Below are positions 56,417-57,415 of a stretch of 57,415 nt of DNA, piece by piece. Made by a program: the position numbers and the translations under genes. The DNA is from Macrostomum lignano (Eukaryota), in assembly GCA_002269645.1 (NCBI GenBank), contig NIVC01003190.1:1-57415 (forward strand), written 5' to 3'. Below the pieces are notes generated by a model. It saw only the letters and a list, made by a program, of their open reading frames with translations, ran no database searches and was not told where the DNA came from. Within the stretch, counting starts at the first letter, position 1, and each line of letters opens with the position of its first letter.

Positions 56417-57415
56417 TTGGGTCACAGCGTTGAATTCTGAGGAACTGAGAGTTGGGTCACAGCGGGGAATGCTGAGGAACTGAGAGTTGGGTCATTGCGG
56501 GGAATGCTGAGGAACTGAGAGTTGGGTCACAGCGTTGAATTCTGAGGAACTGAGAGTTGGGTCACAGCGTTGAATTCCGAGAAACTGAGAGTTGGGTCAT
56601 TGCGGGGAATGCTGAGGAACTGAGGGTTGGGTCATTGCGGGAAATGCCGAGGAACTGAGAGTTGGGTCATTGCGGGGAATGCTGAGGAACTGAGAGTTGG
56701 GTCATTGGGGAATGCTGAGGAACTGAGAGTTGGGTCATTGCGGGGAATGCTGAGGAACTGAGAGTTGGGTCATTGCAGGGAATGCTGAGGAACTGAGAGT
56801 TGGGTCATTGCGGGGAATGCTGAGGAACTGAGAGTTGGGTCATTGCGGGGAATGCTGAGGAACTGAGAGTTGGGTCATTGCGGGGAATGCTGAGGAACTG
56901 AGAGTTGGGTCATTGCGGGAATGCTGAGGAACTGAGAGTTGGGTCACTGCGGGGAATGCTGAGGAACTGAGAGTTGGGGCATTGCGGGGAATGCTGAGGA
57001 ACTGAGAGTTGGGTTGCGGGGAATGCTGAGGAACTGAGAGTTGGGTACAATGCTGAGGAACTGAGAGTTTGGGTCACAGCTGAATTCCGAGAAACTGAGA
57101 GTTGGGTCATTGCGGGGAATGCTGATCGAGGAACTGATGGCTGTATCATTGCGGGGAATGCTGAGGAACTGAAGGTTGGGTCATTGCGGGGAATGCTGAT
57201 CGAGGAACTGATGGCTGTATCATTACGGGGAATGCTGAGGAACTGAAGGTTGGGTCATTGCAGGGAATGCTGAGGAACTGAAGGTTGGGTCATTGCAGGG
57301 AATGCTGAGGAACTGAAGATTGGGTCATTGCAGGGACTGCTGAGGAACTGAAAGTTGAGTCATTGCAAGGAATGCTGGGGAACTGGGGGTTTGGGGCATT
57401 GCTGAGTAACTGAGG
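56417..57415. repeat. 35-bp tandem array (~28 copies, runs off the window end)
   Basis: Unit GAGGAACTGAGAGTTGGGTCATTGCGGGGAATGCT, with variant ...TCACAGCGTTGAATTC(T/C) and a later GAAGGTTGGG subtype. Confidence 0.95.

Noticed and set aside
7017-57415. Tandem arrays of 24-41 bp as possible CRISPR arrays
   Set aside because: The units abut with no unique spacers, there are no cas genes, and the context is eukaryotic.
56417-57415. G-quadruplex or telomere-like function of the G-rich array
   Set aside because: Only two G-tracts per 35 bp with a long loop, and no TTAGGG-type telomeric unit.

Overview
Eukaryotic (invertebrate metazoan) genomic DNA with GC-rich exons, AT-rich GT-AG introns and many repeats; no prokaryotic features and no CRISPR. 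The window is dominated by one giant minus-strand gene (51720 to 6617). Hand splicing gives 68 coding exons with consistent phases and about 9,170 aa, provided four single-base gaps are repaired. Predicted type I membrane protein, in order: signal peptide; vitellogenin/MTP-like lipid-transfer N-terminal domain; LECT2-like M23 metallopeptidase domain; 21 copies of an unrecognised ~190-aa, ~10-Cys repeat, with two SAP/HeH-like motifs flanking the first; beta-rich segment; PAN/apple; ~17-18 FN3-like repeats interrupted by a degenerate GH16-like domain; cadherin/Ig-like domain; 2 EGF; TM helix; acidic tail. Three furin-type sites divide it. Also present: a single-coding-exon 4-TM orphan gene (3379-4044,+); MOB3 (54807-55879,+, first coding exon not found); a 5'-truncated Penelope-like retroelement (RT + GIY-YIG) with 60-bp inverted ends that each contain a minimal hammerhead ribozyme motif; a solo LTR inside a tandem duplicate of the giant gene's 3' end; two tRNA-derived SINE families; and six tandem arrays (18, 34, 15, 41, 24 and 35 bp). 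All domain names come from motif recognition by eye, not database searches.
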